This document shows positions 9,962 through 18,814 of a DNA stretch of 64,000 nucleotides, one piece after another. Every line of letters begins with the position of its first letter. Positions within the stretch are counted from its first letter, which is position 1. The position numbers and the translations under genes are program-made. The DNA is from a virus. Lineage: Duplodnaviria > Caudoviricetes. The stretch lies in the IMG/VR virus record IMGVR_UViG_3300032007_000015; one strand, 5' to 3'. The notes under the pieces are model-generated. The model was not told where the DNA came from, did not search any database, and saw only the letters and a list, made by a program, of their open reading frames with translations.

Positions 9962-11114
9962 ATTCTTTTAATATATCTTGTAATTTTTCTGTATTATATT
10001 TTTTAATTTTTTCTGATGATAATTCGTAATTATCATGTTCGATTAAATATAATCTTGTTTTTTCTTCTAAAGGTAATTCTTTATCAAATAAAAATCCATA
10101 TAAATTCATAAAGTCTTTTACTTTTTGTTTTGATGTTTCCCTTAATTTTTTAATATATCCATTCACAATATTTACTTTTATTGTATCATCATTTCTAAAA
10201 GTATCTTGTAATATTTTTAATATAAAATCTGGATTATCATGATCTTCAGGAATATTTACCATAATTCGTAATTTATCATAAACTAAATTTTTATTATCTT
10301 TTATTTTTTGAAGTTTATCATAAAAAGCATTTTCATCATATAATATTTTATCATTAAATCCAAATCCTATTGTTACATAATTTAATGCCTCTGTATTATT
10401 TACCAGCATTTCACTGTATTTCTTTTTATTATATTTAAAATATATAAATCCTTTTTCTTTTTCTTCACCGAATTTATATCTCGAAAAACTACCACAATAA
10501 AAAATTTTATCATCTATATTACTATAAATATGATAATGTCCAAAATATACTTTTCCTTTACATATTCTACTTAATTCAGATGATTTAAAGATTGGTACTC
10601 TTAATCTTTCAGTTTTTTGGTCGGTATGCCTAACTGCTTCTGTCATAACCTCTTCTATTACACCATGCCCAAATACATAATCGTATCTATTATCTTCATT
10701 AAAGTATTCACTGTAATATTCCGTTTTATCATAAATATGTTCTTCTGGTAAATAAAGTATATTAAATCCAAGTATTTCTTCAGTCATCGCATGTTTAATT
10801 ACTTTATAGTCACAAGAATTTATTAGATTAAAAATTGTATATTGATCCCATTCGTGTGATTTTGTTCCATAAATAACTCTAACATATTTACTATGATTAC
10901 AAATAAAATTCATAGCATATAATGCAAATGATATATATTCACTATTTGCATATAGTTTATGATCAAAAAAATCACCACCAATAACGGTTAAATCAATTGA
11001 TTTATTTTTATTATAAAAATCTTCTATTATTGTAAATTCTTTTTTAGTCTGTTCTAGAGGCATAGCCCCAATATGTAGGTCTGCTATAAATGTAGCATTT
11101 ATATTTTTTTCCAT
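9960..11114 (-). CDS. sbcD: SbcD/Mre11-like metallophosphoesterase nuclease
   Basis: ADLHIG, GGDFFD, GTxSH, GHG, GHYH and YCGSF motifs. Confidence 0.8.
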   Translation of the reverse strand: MEKNINATFIADLHIGAMPLEQTKKEFTIIEDFYNKNKSIDLTVIGGDFFDHKLYANSEYISFALYAMNFICNHSKYVRVIYGTKSHEWDQYTIFNLINSCDYKVIKHAMTEEILGFNILYLPEEHIYDKTEYYSEYFNEDNRYDYVFGHGVIEEVMTEAVRHTDQKTERLRVPIFKSSELSRICKGKVYFGHYHIYSNIDDKIFYCGSFSRYKFGEEKEKGFIYFKYNKKKYSEMLVNNTEALNYVTIGFGFNDKILYDENAFYDKLQKIKDNKNLVYDKLRIMVNIPEDHDNPDFILKILQDTFRNDDTIKVNIVNGYIKKLRETSKQKVKDFMNLYGFLFDKELPLEEKTRLYLIEHDNYELSSEKIKKYNTEKLQDILKE

Positions 11115-11158
11115 TAAATTTCACCTCAATAAAAATATTAAAAATATGTGAAAAATAA

Positions 11159-11195
11159 AATAAGATAGTATGGATTTTTTCCATACTATCTTATT
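11159..11195. terminator. Hairpin, near-identical to the one at 9926-9961
   Basis: AATAAGATAGTATGGA-TTTTT-TCCATACTATCTTATT. Confidence 0.7.
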
Positions 11196-11200
11196 TCTAA

Positions 11201-12283
11201 TTAAATGACATAATCAAATGTAATATTTTTAACTTCATCAATCGTAGTACAATTTTTAATTTCTTTTTCAATTTTTTGTTGTTTAGAAATTAAAGGTCTA
11301 ACGACTGTTTCTATTTCAATAGCTAATTGTTGTAATTCATCTAATGCCCAATCGTATGTACAAGCTTCTCCAGTTGCATTCCACGATGGCTGATATTCAA
11401 TACCTTTTTGAACAGCTAAAGATGTCATCATAATCATCATTGATAAATATTGTTGTTTATCAGATGTTATAGAATATTTCTTTTCAGTTTTTCCATGACA
11501 AGATGATGTTATTGGATTTGCTGCAAGAAACTCTTCTAGAGTAATTTTTGATTGATTAATTTTATATTCTTTGGCTTCCTCTAATGACATTGAATTTATA
11601 TCAGGAACTGTAGTTATTTCATTGATTTTATCTGTTATATCATTAATCTTATTAGTAAATATATTTGTTGTTTTATCAGTTTCTTGATTCATATTATCAA
11701 TATTTTTATATATATCTTTAATTGAATCATCTGTTGAATTTTTTAATTCAGATACGGAAGTATTAATTTTACTGATATTATCATCTAAATTAACTGTATT
11801 TTCGTTAATAGTTTGAATATCTTTATTTATATTACTCATACCTAAAGTTAAATTTTCAGTAACCATATTAAATTGAGCCATCTCACTACTATGATTCTCA
11901 ATGAGGATATTTGTTGAATTCATATCTCTCTTAATATCTTCAATCGTATTAGAAATACTATTGATGAGGGATTCAATATCAACTGGTAATGACATTGTTA
12001 CAATATATACTTCATCACTGGATGATACTGAAGGATCATACGAAATGCTCACTAAATTAGTATATCCACTATACTCATTAACTACTCCAGTATCTTCATT
12101 TCGTATTTTAATTAATGATGTTCGAACTGTATCTGTGAATGCTTTTTTAATACTCATTAATGAATCGGCAACTGTTATTATTATGGCTTTAACACCTTTA
12201 CCTTTTACCTCAACCATTGTTTGTTCTGGTATATCTGTGATACAATTCATTGATGTAGCATCATTGAATATAATTTTATTCAT
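11201..12283 (-). CDS. Coiled-coil protein with a C-terminal domain resembling DUF4376 (tail-associated)
   Basis: Real start is probably MNKIIF at 12283 (SD AAGGTGG); the track's longer version overlaps the opposite-strand gene; LEEAKEYKI...YSITSDKQQYL...KIEKEIKNCTT pattern. Confidence 0.55.
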   Translation of the reverse strand: MNKIIFNDATSMNCITDIPEQTMVEVKGKGVKAIIITVADSLMSIKKAFTDTVRTSLIKIRNEDTGVVNEYSGYTNLVSISYDPSVSSSDEVYIVTMSLPVDIESLINSISNTIEDIKRDMNSTNILIENHSSEMAQFNMVTENLTLGMSNINKDIQTINENTVNLDDNISKINTSVSELKNSTDDSIKDIYKNIDNMNQETDKTTNIFTNKINDITDKINEITTVPDINSMSLEEAKEYKINQSKITLEEFLAANPITSSCHGKTEKKYSITSDKQQYLSMMIMMTSLAVQKGIEYQPSWNATGEACTYDWALDELQQLAIEIETVVRPLISKQQKIEKEIKNCTTIDEVKNITFDYVI

Positions 12284-12491
12284 ATATATTATCCACCTTT
12301 CTTTTATATTTTTAATTATTAGAAAAATGTTTTTTAAGCATATTTTTAGAACTGAGATATGTTTATATATTATATATATGGAGTTCATATGTAAGTTATA
12401 ATTTTGAATATATAATATAACAAATTTATAATTCGCGAATATTATAACAAAAGGACCTAGAAAACAAAACACAGAAAGGAGATAGAAAAAT

Positions 12492-13370
12492 ATGAAAGAC
12501 CAAAAGTCGATCGAAATATCTATCAATGAGAAAGTGGTTGATCACGAAAAGGTAAGAAAGGAGAGATTAAAGAATTTAAGTATATTTATAATTCTTTTCG
12601 TGACTATGGTTTGGTGTCATAATATTTCATTTGGAAAAACAACAAATGAGGCACAAACTAAAGAAACTAAAGAGACAACTAGTTTATCGTTAGATAAACC
12701 AGAAGTTAGTAGTGAATTAGTTAAGGCTATTATCACTCCTGTCGAGAAACAACAATTAAGAGCTGAATTATTTGATACAACGAATAATTCAGAAGAAACA
12801 ACGGAAGGAGAAGAAAAAGAAACTTCAACTGTAGAGGAAATAATGATCGAAGAATCTACATCAGAAGAAACAACAATTGAAACAACAGAATTAACAACTG
12901 AGGAAACAACCACTGAAGAAAATACAACCGAAGTTGAGACAACTGTTGAAGAAACTATTAATAATACAGATTACAGATACATAATCCAATCTGAAGAAGA
13001 ATGGAGAGTGTTTACAAAATGTGTAGAAGCAGAAGTAACAGGTGATGATCCTGAAGGAGTCAATTATGATACTGCTGTTAAGTGTAAATTACACGTTGCA
13101 CAAGTAATTTTAAATAGGGTTGAACATAAAGACTTCCCTAACAATATAGTTGATGTTGTATATCAACCGCACCAGTTTAGTCCAGTATCAGATGGACGAA
13201 TTTCGAAAGTCGAGGTTAGCCAATCAACAATTGACGCTTGTAATCTCGCATTAATGTCAAGTACAGAAGATACCGTGTATGGTTCATTATATTTTAGATT
13301 TGGTGGTGACTGGTCATATTTAAATAAAATATTTACTGATGAAGTTGGACACCAATTTTATACACGATAA
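12492..13370 (+). CDS. Membrane-anchored SleB/CwlJ-family (Hydrolase_2) cell wall lytic transglycosylase
   Basis: N-terminal TM, Glu/Thr-rich linker, VEAE catalytic motif, VAQVILNRV, FPNNIVDVVYQxxQFSPV, GHQFY. Confidence 0.85.
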   Translation: MKDQKSIEISINEKVVDHEKVRKERLKNLSIFIILFVTMVWCHNISFGKTTNEAQTKETKETTSLSLDKPEVSSELVKAIITPVEKQQLRAELFDTTNNSEETTEGEEKETSTVEEIMIEESTSEETTIETTELTTEETTTEENTTEVETTVEETINNTDYRYIIQSEEEWRVFTKCVEAEVTGDDPEGVNYDTAVKCKLHVAQVILNRVEHKDFPNNIVDVVYQPHQFSPVSDGRISKVEVSQSTIDACNLALMSSTEDTVYGSLYFRFGGDWSYLNKIFTDEVGHQFYTR

Positions 13371-13466
13371 ATTCTTTTAAATATAAATTCTATATAGATA
13401 AAATAATTATTGTATATCCATAAAAAAATATTTATGGATATACAATATTTTAGTAAAAAAAAATAA

Positions 13467-13539
13467 TGGGCTATCGCCAAGCGGTAAGGCACAGGACTTT
13501 GACTCCTGCATTACGTTGGTTCGAATCCAACTAGCCCAG
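13467..13539 (+). tRNA. tRNA-Gln (UUG), CCA not encoded
   Basis: Acceptor TGGGCTA/TAGCCCA, anticodon arm CAGGA-CTTTGAC-TCCTG, T-loop GGTTCGAATCC. Confidence 0.95.
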
Positions 13540-13647
13540 TTAAGAGATATTAAAAATATCTATATAATATATTAATGTATATAAGTATATACAAATGATA
13601 AATGTATATAATTTATATAAAAAATAAAATTAAAGGAGGAATTTGAA

Positions 13648-14367
13648 ATGAGTGATTTATTCGATTTCAAAGCAAAGGTTAGCATCGACCGTAATGATGC
13701 AAAGTTAACAATTACAACAAAGGATTGTGAAAAATTCATCCAGGACAATTTTAACAGAATTACGAAAGATATTCGTAATAGAGGTTTAAAAGATGAGCCT
13801 GAAGTAAAAATCCATTTGAGTTCATTAAAGTTTAATAAGAATTCAGGATTTATTCCATTTATCATTATTATGAGTAAAGATGTAATGGAAAAAGAAAAAT
13901 CAATGAATGATATCTCTTCTATCTTTAGAGAAGATGAAGAAGATAAAACTTGTTCATTAAAGAGTCCATATTGGGCATTATTATGTAAGTATGCTTTTGA
14001 TAAAAATGACTTAGGTTATTTTAGAAGCACAAGTTGGAGAAGAGATTACAGAATGACATCTCAGTCTGTAAATGAGCTTACAAAATTATGCAAGCCTATG
14101 AGAAGAGAAAATAAAGATGATGATTTAGTAATTATGATTATTGATCCAATTCGTGTAATGCATGATATGTTGATTGATACATCTAATCCAAATCAGAAAT
14201 TTGTTGTAGAGATTAAGAAGGATAAAACAAAATGGATTTCCGATGCAGAAGGTAATGTAGAATATGCGGTAAATCGTATTGTACAGAAAAAGAAAGACCA
14301 GTATTGTGGTGAAAATGTATATAGTCAGATACAGCGTCAGATTATTCGTAATGGTTCTATCCATTAA
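13648..14367 (+). CDS. Hypothetical protein
   Basis: 239-aa ORF with strong SD AAGGAGG; followed by hairpin at 14392-14420. Confidence 0.75.
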   Translation: MSDLFDFKAKVSIDRNDAKLTITTKDCEKFIQDNFNRITKDIRNRGLKDEPEVKIHLSSLKFNKNSGFIPFIIIMSKDVMEKEKSMNDISSIFREDEEDKTCSLKSPYWALLCKYAFDKNDLGYFRSTSWRRDYRMTSQSVNELTKLCKPMRRENKDDDLVIMIIDPIRVMHDMLIDTSNPNQKFVVEIKKDKTKWISDAEGNVEYAVNRIVQKKKDQYCGENVYSQIQRQIIRNGSIH

Positions 14368-14464
14368 TACTAGAATGAACAAATAAATATGAACTCGTGA
14401 GAATAATTTCTCACGAGTTTTTTTATTCGTAAAACTGTGTATTAAAATAAAAATATAAAAGAGG

Positions 14465-15568
14465 ATGGTAATTATTATGATGGAATTAGTTAATCCATTT
14501 GGAGTTTATTTTAATATGATAAAAATGAAATATGTTGATTATGATAGCCTCATATCAACATTAAATTTTTTATCACCATCTGATAAAGTTTCTTGTTTTA
14601 TAAATTTAGAAACTGTTTGGAAATATCTTACAACGACTAAAGATTTAGAAAAAAAATTAATATCGTATCCAAATTTCAAAACGACAATGGTTGCAGATAT
14701 TATAAATATTGCAGCTCATTATAGAGAATTTTTTAGAAATAATGGTTTAGATACAAAGATATATTTGTATGCAACAAGTTTTAATTCAACAATTGGTAGT
14801 TATAATGAAAGTAAATATAATGAAGACTATAGATCTTATTATTATACTAAATATAATACTAATCCTAATATAGTTCTTTTAACAGAATCATTACAAGAAG
14901 AAATATTAAAGAATGTAAAAACAATATTAGATTTTGTTCCAGGTGTATATATGATAAATTCTGAGAATATAGATTCAAATTTGGTACCGTATATTGTATC
15001 TAATATAGAGCCTGAAAGAAAAAATTTAATTATAAGCGGTGATATTTTAGATACACAGTATTATTATGTAAAGAATTTTTTAGCAACGTATATTAATAGA
15101 GGTATAAATACTGGATTAACCGTTTCATACAATCCAGAATCATATATTGCAATACTTAATAAAACTCGTGTATTAACACCACAACCAGAAATAAATAATA
15201 ATAGTTCTTTTTATTCGTTAATTCTTTCTTGTATAGGAGAAAAATATAGAAGCATACTATCTATTAGAGGTATTGGCGTTAAAACTATAATATCTATGAT
15301 AAAAGATGGAATTAATAATAATACTATAACAGCAAATACAAAATCAATAGAAATTCTTAAAAATATTTTTAAAGAAGACATACAAGAAGATATAATTAAT
15401 AATTTTAAGTCAATTGATTTATTTAGTAGAATAGATGAATTAAATGATTCTCAAATTTTAAGTATAAAAAATCAATTAATTGATAGAGTTGATATAAATT
15501 CATTGATGAAGATAAATAAAGAATTATTTAGTGAATCACCTTTACGAATTGAGAGTTTATTAAATTAG
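14465..15568 (+). CDS. Divergent 5'-3' exonuclease / T4 RNase H (FEN)-like protein
   Basis: LIISGDILD and H3TH-like SIRGIGVKT motifs. Confidence 0.55.
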   Translation: MVIIMMELVNPFGVYFNMIKMKYVDYDSLISTLNFLSPSDKVSCFINLETVWKYLTTTKDLEKKLISYPNFKTTMVADIINIAAHYREFFRNNGLDTKIYLYATSFNSTIGSYNESKYNEDYRSYYYTKYNTNPNIVLLTESLQEEILKNVKTILDFVPGVYMINSENIDSNLVPYIVSNIEPERKNLIISGDILDTQYYYVKNFLATYINRGINTGLTVSYNPESYIAILNKTRVLTPQPEINNNSSFYSLILSCIGEKYRSILSIRGIGVKTIISMIKDGINNNTITANTKSIEILKNIFKEDIQEDIINNFKSIDLFSRIDELNDSQILSIKNQLIDRVDINSLMKINKELFSESPLRIESLLN

Positions 15569-15596
15569 AAAAGAAGACAACCTAGGTTGTCTTCTT
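15569..15596. terminator. Perfect palindrome terminator
   Basis: AAAGAAGACAACCT|AGGTTGTCTTCTTT followed by a T run. Confidence 0.7.
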
Positions 15597-15650
15597 TTTT
15601 TTTATTTTTACATTAAATTAATAAACTAAAACGAAAGGTGTGAAGAAATA

Positions 15651-17447
15651 ATGAATTTATATGCATTAAATTTAGAAGATGAGATTACATATGAACAAAT
15701 GAATGGTATCATATATAATCTAAATGCATCTATAGATATTTTTTATGAATCTGAACAAAATGAAGAAAAACAAAGTTCTGGCATATTTACAACTATTATC
15801 AAAGCTATACAAAACTTGATAGAGAAAATTAAGACACTTTTTACAGGTGGATCAAGAAGGAAAAAAGAAGAAGAGCATAAAAACCTTGTAAATAGTAATC
15901 CAGATGCAGAAGTTCCTGTTCAGTCTGCTAGAGTTGAAGAATTACGAAAAGCACGTGAACAAGCTATTAGTGATGTAGAAGCTGGAAAAGAACCTGAAAG
16001 TGTTATTGAAAAATATAAAGGTACATTAAAAGCTTTAGGTATTGGAGCTGCTATTGTTGCTGGTACCGCTGTTGTGGCTACAGGCGTAAGTAAAAAAGTT
16101 GCAAAAAATAAAGCATCTAAAGAGTACGAGAATTATCTTAAACTTGGTGAAGAAGAAGTTGCAACAAGTAAATATCTCCAAAATTTAGAGAAAGTTCTTA
16201 ATGAAAAGAATTCTAGATATTTGAAGTTTAATACTCAGAAAGATGCAAAAACTTTGTATAAAGCTGCAACCGGAAAGCATTTTTTAAATAAAGAAGATAA
16301 AGAATACATTAATCAGGTTAAAGCTATTATGGAAATAAGTAACATTAATGCTCAAAGTTGTAACTGGTGCCGTAGTAAAATTGAAACTGATATAGTTTCA
16401 GTTATTCAACGTAATGGTAGTGTTAATGATTTAAAGGCATTAGGTGGTGTTATGAGTCAGAATGCTGCTGATATTCAAAATGCAAATAGAAGTGATAGTT
16501 TAAAACTGAGAAGAGCAAATGTGACTAAAAGTGGTAAATCATATAGAGATGAAGAGTTTAAGAAAACTGCAAAAATGAAAAATGAGCAACATGAAGCTGA
16601 ACTTGATATGAAAGCAAATAGCAAAGCTATTAGAGAGAAGAGTAAATTATTTGGTAATGATATAGTTAAGTCATCAGAAGAAACCGGAAGTAATAAAAAA
16701 GATGGAAAAATTAGAAAATTTTTTGGTGATAAAAAAGAAGTTAAAAAAAGAGCTAATGATAAACTTGCTAACGAATCAGTTTTTGATTTTGATGATTATC
16801 TTGTTGAAGACTCTGAAACTCAAGAACTTGTTATACTCGGTGCGTTAACCCTTGCCGTGTTTGCTCCTCTTGTTGTAGGAGGCGTAATTGGTTTAAAGAA
16901 GAAACGTGAATTAAAGAACGTATTTAAACTATATGAAAAAATTTATCCAAATTGTATCCCTTTCAATGAATTAACAAAGCAAACATACGGTCAAGATGAA
17001 GTAAATATGATTGGTTGTATGATTAAACCTATTAAATCAGATGATAAAAAGAATAATAAATATATTGTGTATAAATATAAAAATAAACCCGTGATGTATA
17101 TAGCATTAACATATAGAAATAATGGAACTATAAGATATAATGCAGGAACATCTAATGACTTTTATGGAGATTATATTAGTACTAGTAGAAATTCTAGTAC
17201 AAGTAGAGAAGTTATAGATTATAAACCTGAATTTACATTCGTTATAGTCGATTCAAGTTTTAAGAAATACTATAATTATTATATGGCTGAAATGGCATTA
17301 AGTACGGGCATTGCACATGAATCTATAAATAGATTTTTAGCTGAAATGAAACCTATATACAAAAAGAATAAAGCATTATTAAAAGAATCAGTTGAATATA
17401 CTAGAGCATTAAAGATTTCATCTTATATTGATGAACTGAAAAAATAA
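15651..17447 (+). CDS. Putative internal head polyprotein (two modules)
   Basis: FYES propeptide, amphipathic helix, GAAIVAGTAVV segment; after the acidic linker ANES-VFDFDDYLVE a second TM-led domain ending at LLKES. Confidence 0.65.
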   Translation: MNLYALNLEDEITYEQMNGIIYNLNASIDIFYESEQNEEKQSSGIFTTIIKAIQNLIEKIKTLFTGGSRRKKEEEHKNLVNSNPDAEVPVQSARVEELRKAREQAISDVEAGKEPESVIEKYKGTLKALGIGAAIVAGTAVVATGVSKKVAKNKASKEYENYLKLGEEEVATSKYLQNLEKVLNEKNSRYLKFNTQKDAKTLYKAATGKHFLNKEDKEYINQVKAIMEISNINAQSCNWCRSKIETDIVSVIQRNGSVNDLKALGGVMSQNAADIQNANRSDSLKLRRANVTKSGKSYRDEEFKKTAKMKNEQHEAELDMKANSKAIREKSKLFGNDIVKSSEETGSNKKDGKIRKFFGDKKEVKKRANDKLANESVFDFDDYLVEDSETQELVILGALTLAVFAPLVVGGVIGLKKKRELKNVFKLYEKIYPNCIPFNELTKQTYGQDEVNMIGCMIKPIKSDDKKNNKYIVYKYKNKPVMYIALTYRNNGTIRYNAGTSNDFYGDYISTSRNSSTSREVIDYKPEFTFVIVDSSFKKYYNYYMAEMALSTGIAHESINRFLAEMKPIYKKNKALLKESVEYTRALKISSYIDELKK

Positions 17448-17531
17448 TAATTACAAAGAGAGTACATAAAAATGTACTCTCTTTTATAACCATTGAAACT
17501 AATAATTAATATTTTAAACGAGGTGAAATTT

Positions 17532-18776
17532 ATGCCATTATTAGATGAAAATGACAAAATTGTAAGATATAAATATACGATAACAGAATTTTATATTTTA
17601 TATGAAAATGAAAAAGAAAAATATGTGTTACCCAATACACGTATTTCAAATATTAATATTTTAAACAGATACTTATCTAATGCTTTTCCAATATTTAATA
17701 TAAATTTAGTATTAGAATCTTCTATATATTATAAGATATTGAAGAATAAAAATACAGTTAAATTTAAATTAAGAATGCAAAAATATGAAATAAATGAAAT
17801 GGGAGAACGTTCATCATATTATAGTGATTTTATCAATGATACATTTTCTTTAATACTGGATGATGATGATAATGATTTAGAAGAAAAACTCAGAAATCAG
17901 ATATATTCTGATGGAGATGAAAATGAGTTAAATGCTACAATAAATAATATAGAATTATACTTTTTTAAATCATCACTCATAAAACGTACTAAAGAAAAAA
18001 TGAATTGTGTATTAAGAGATGCAACTGTAACAAATGCAATTGCATATATGTGTACAAGATCTTCTATAAATAATGTATTAATGTCACCAATAGAAAATAA
18101 AACTATGTATAAACAACTTATAATTCCTCCTCTTACATTAACACAATCATTAAAATATTTAGATGCATATTATGGTTTATATAAAAGAGGAAGTCTTATA
18201 TATTTTGATTTAAATTATACGTATATATTAAATTTTAAATCAGAATGTACAGCATACCAAAAGAATGAAAAAAAGAATACGTATATAATTATACCAGAGT
18301 ATGGTGGTATTATGACAAAACAAGTAGGAAGTGTTAAAAAATATAATAATAATACTGATAATTATATAGTGATAAATTCTGAAACGATGAAAATATTAAA
18401 TGAATCAATTAGTAATGATATAATCGTTGGTAATGATGTTACATTTATATCTTATAATAATGATGATGTAAAATTTACAAAGAGTGACAATGATGCTGTT
18501 CAAAATTCAATAATAGAAAATCTTGGTTTAAATGAATATTATTTATCTGAATATGATGCACAATTAAAAAGTAAAGAAGTTAAAATAGTATTAAATATGG
18601 TTGACATAGATTTATCTGCTATAGAACCAAATAAAAAATTTATTATAGAATTTGAAGATACAAAACTAAGTAGAAAATATAAAGGAACATATATTTTATG
18701 TAGTAAAGATATATATTTTAAAAAAAATGGTGATGAATTTTCACCATATGTTTCTTGTACATTTGTAAAAGGATAG
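17532..18776 (+). CDS. Probable baseplate hub-like structural protein
   Basis: Start probably ATG 17532 (SD AGGTGA); C-terminal KYKGTYIL...F...VSCTF beta-strand pattern resembles gp27/late-control-D hubs. Confidence 0.45.
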   Translation: MPLLDENDKIVRYKYTITEFYILYENEKEKYVLPNTRISNINILNRYLSNAFPIFNINLVLESSIYYKILKNKNTVKFKLRMQKYEINEMGERSSYYSDFINDTFSLILDDDDNDLEEKLRNQIYSDGDENELNATINNIELYFFKSSLIKRTKEKMNCVLRDATVTNAIAYMCTRSSINNVLMSPIENKTMYKQLIIPPLTLTQSLKYLDAYYGLYKRGSLIYFDLNYTYILNFKSECTAYQKNEKKNTYIIIPEYGGIMTKQVGSVKKYNNNTDNYIVINSETMKILNESISNDIIVGNDVTFISYNNDDVKFTKSDNDAVQNSIIENLGLNEYYLSEYDAQLKSKEVKIVLNMVDIDLSAIEPNKKFIIEFEDTKLSRKYKGTYILCSKDIYFKKNGDEFSPYVSCTFVKG

Positions 18777-18777
18777 T

Positions 18778-18811
18778 AAAAGGATACTGGAAATATTTCC
18801 AGTATCCTTTT
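18778..18811. terminator. Perfect palindrome, bidirectional terminator
   Basis: AAAAGGATACTGGAAAT|ATTTCCAGTATCCTTTT between convergent genes. Confidence 0.75.
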
Positions 18812-18814
18812 TTA

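Noticed and set aside
12284-12526. Hydrophobic N-terminal extension of ORF 11201-12526
   Set aside because: Overlaps the promoter and start of the opposite-strand hydrolase; a good SD precedes ATG 12283
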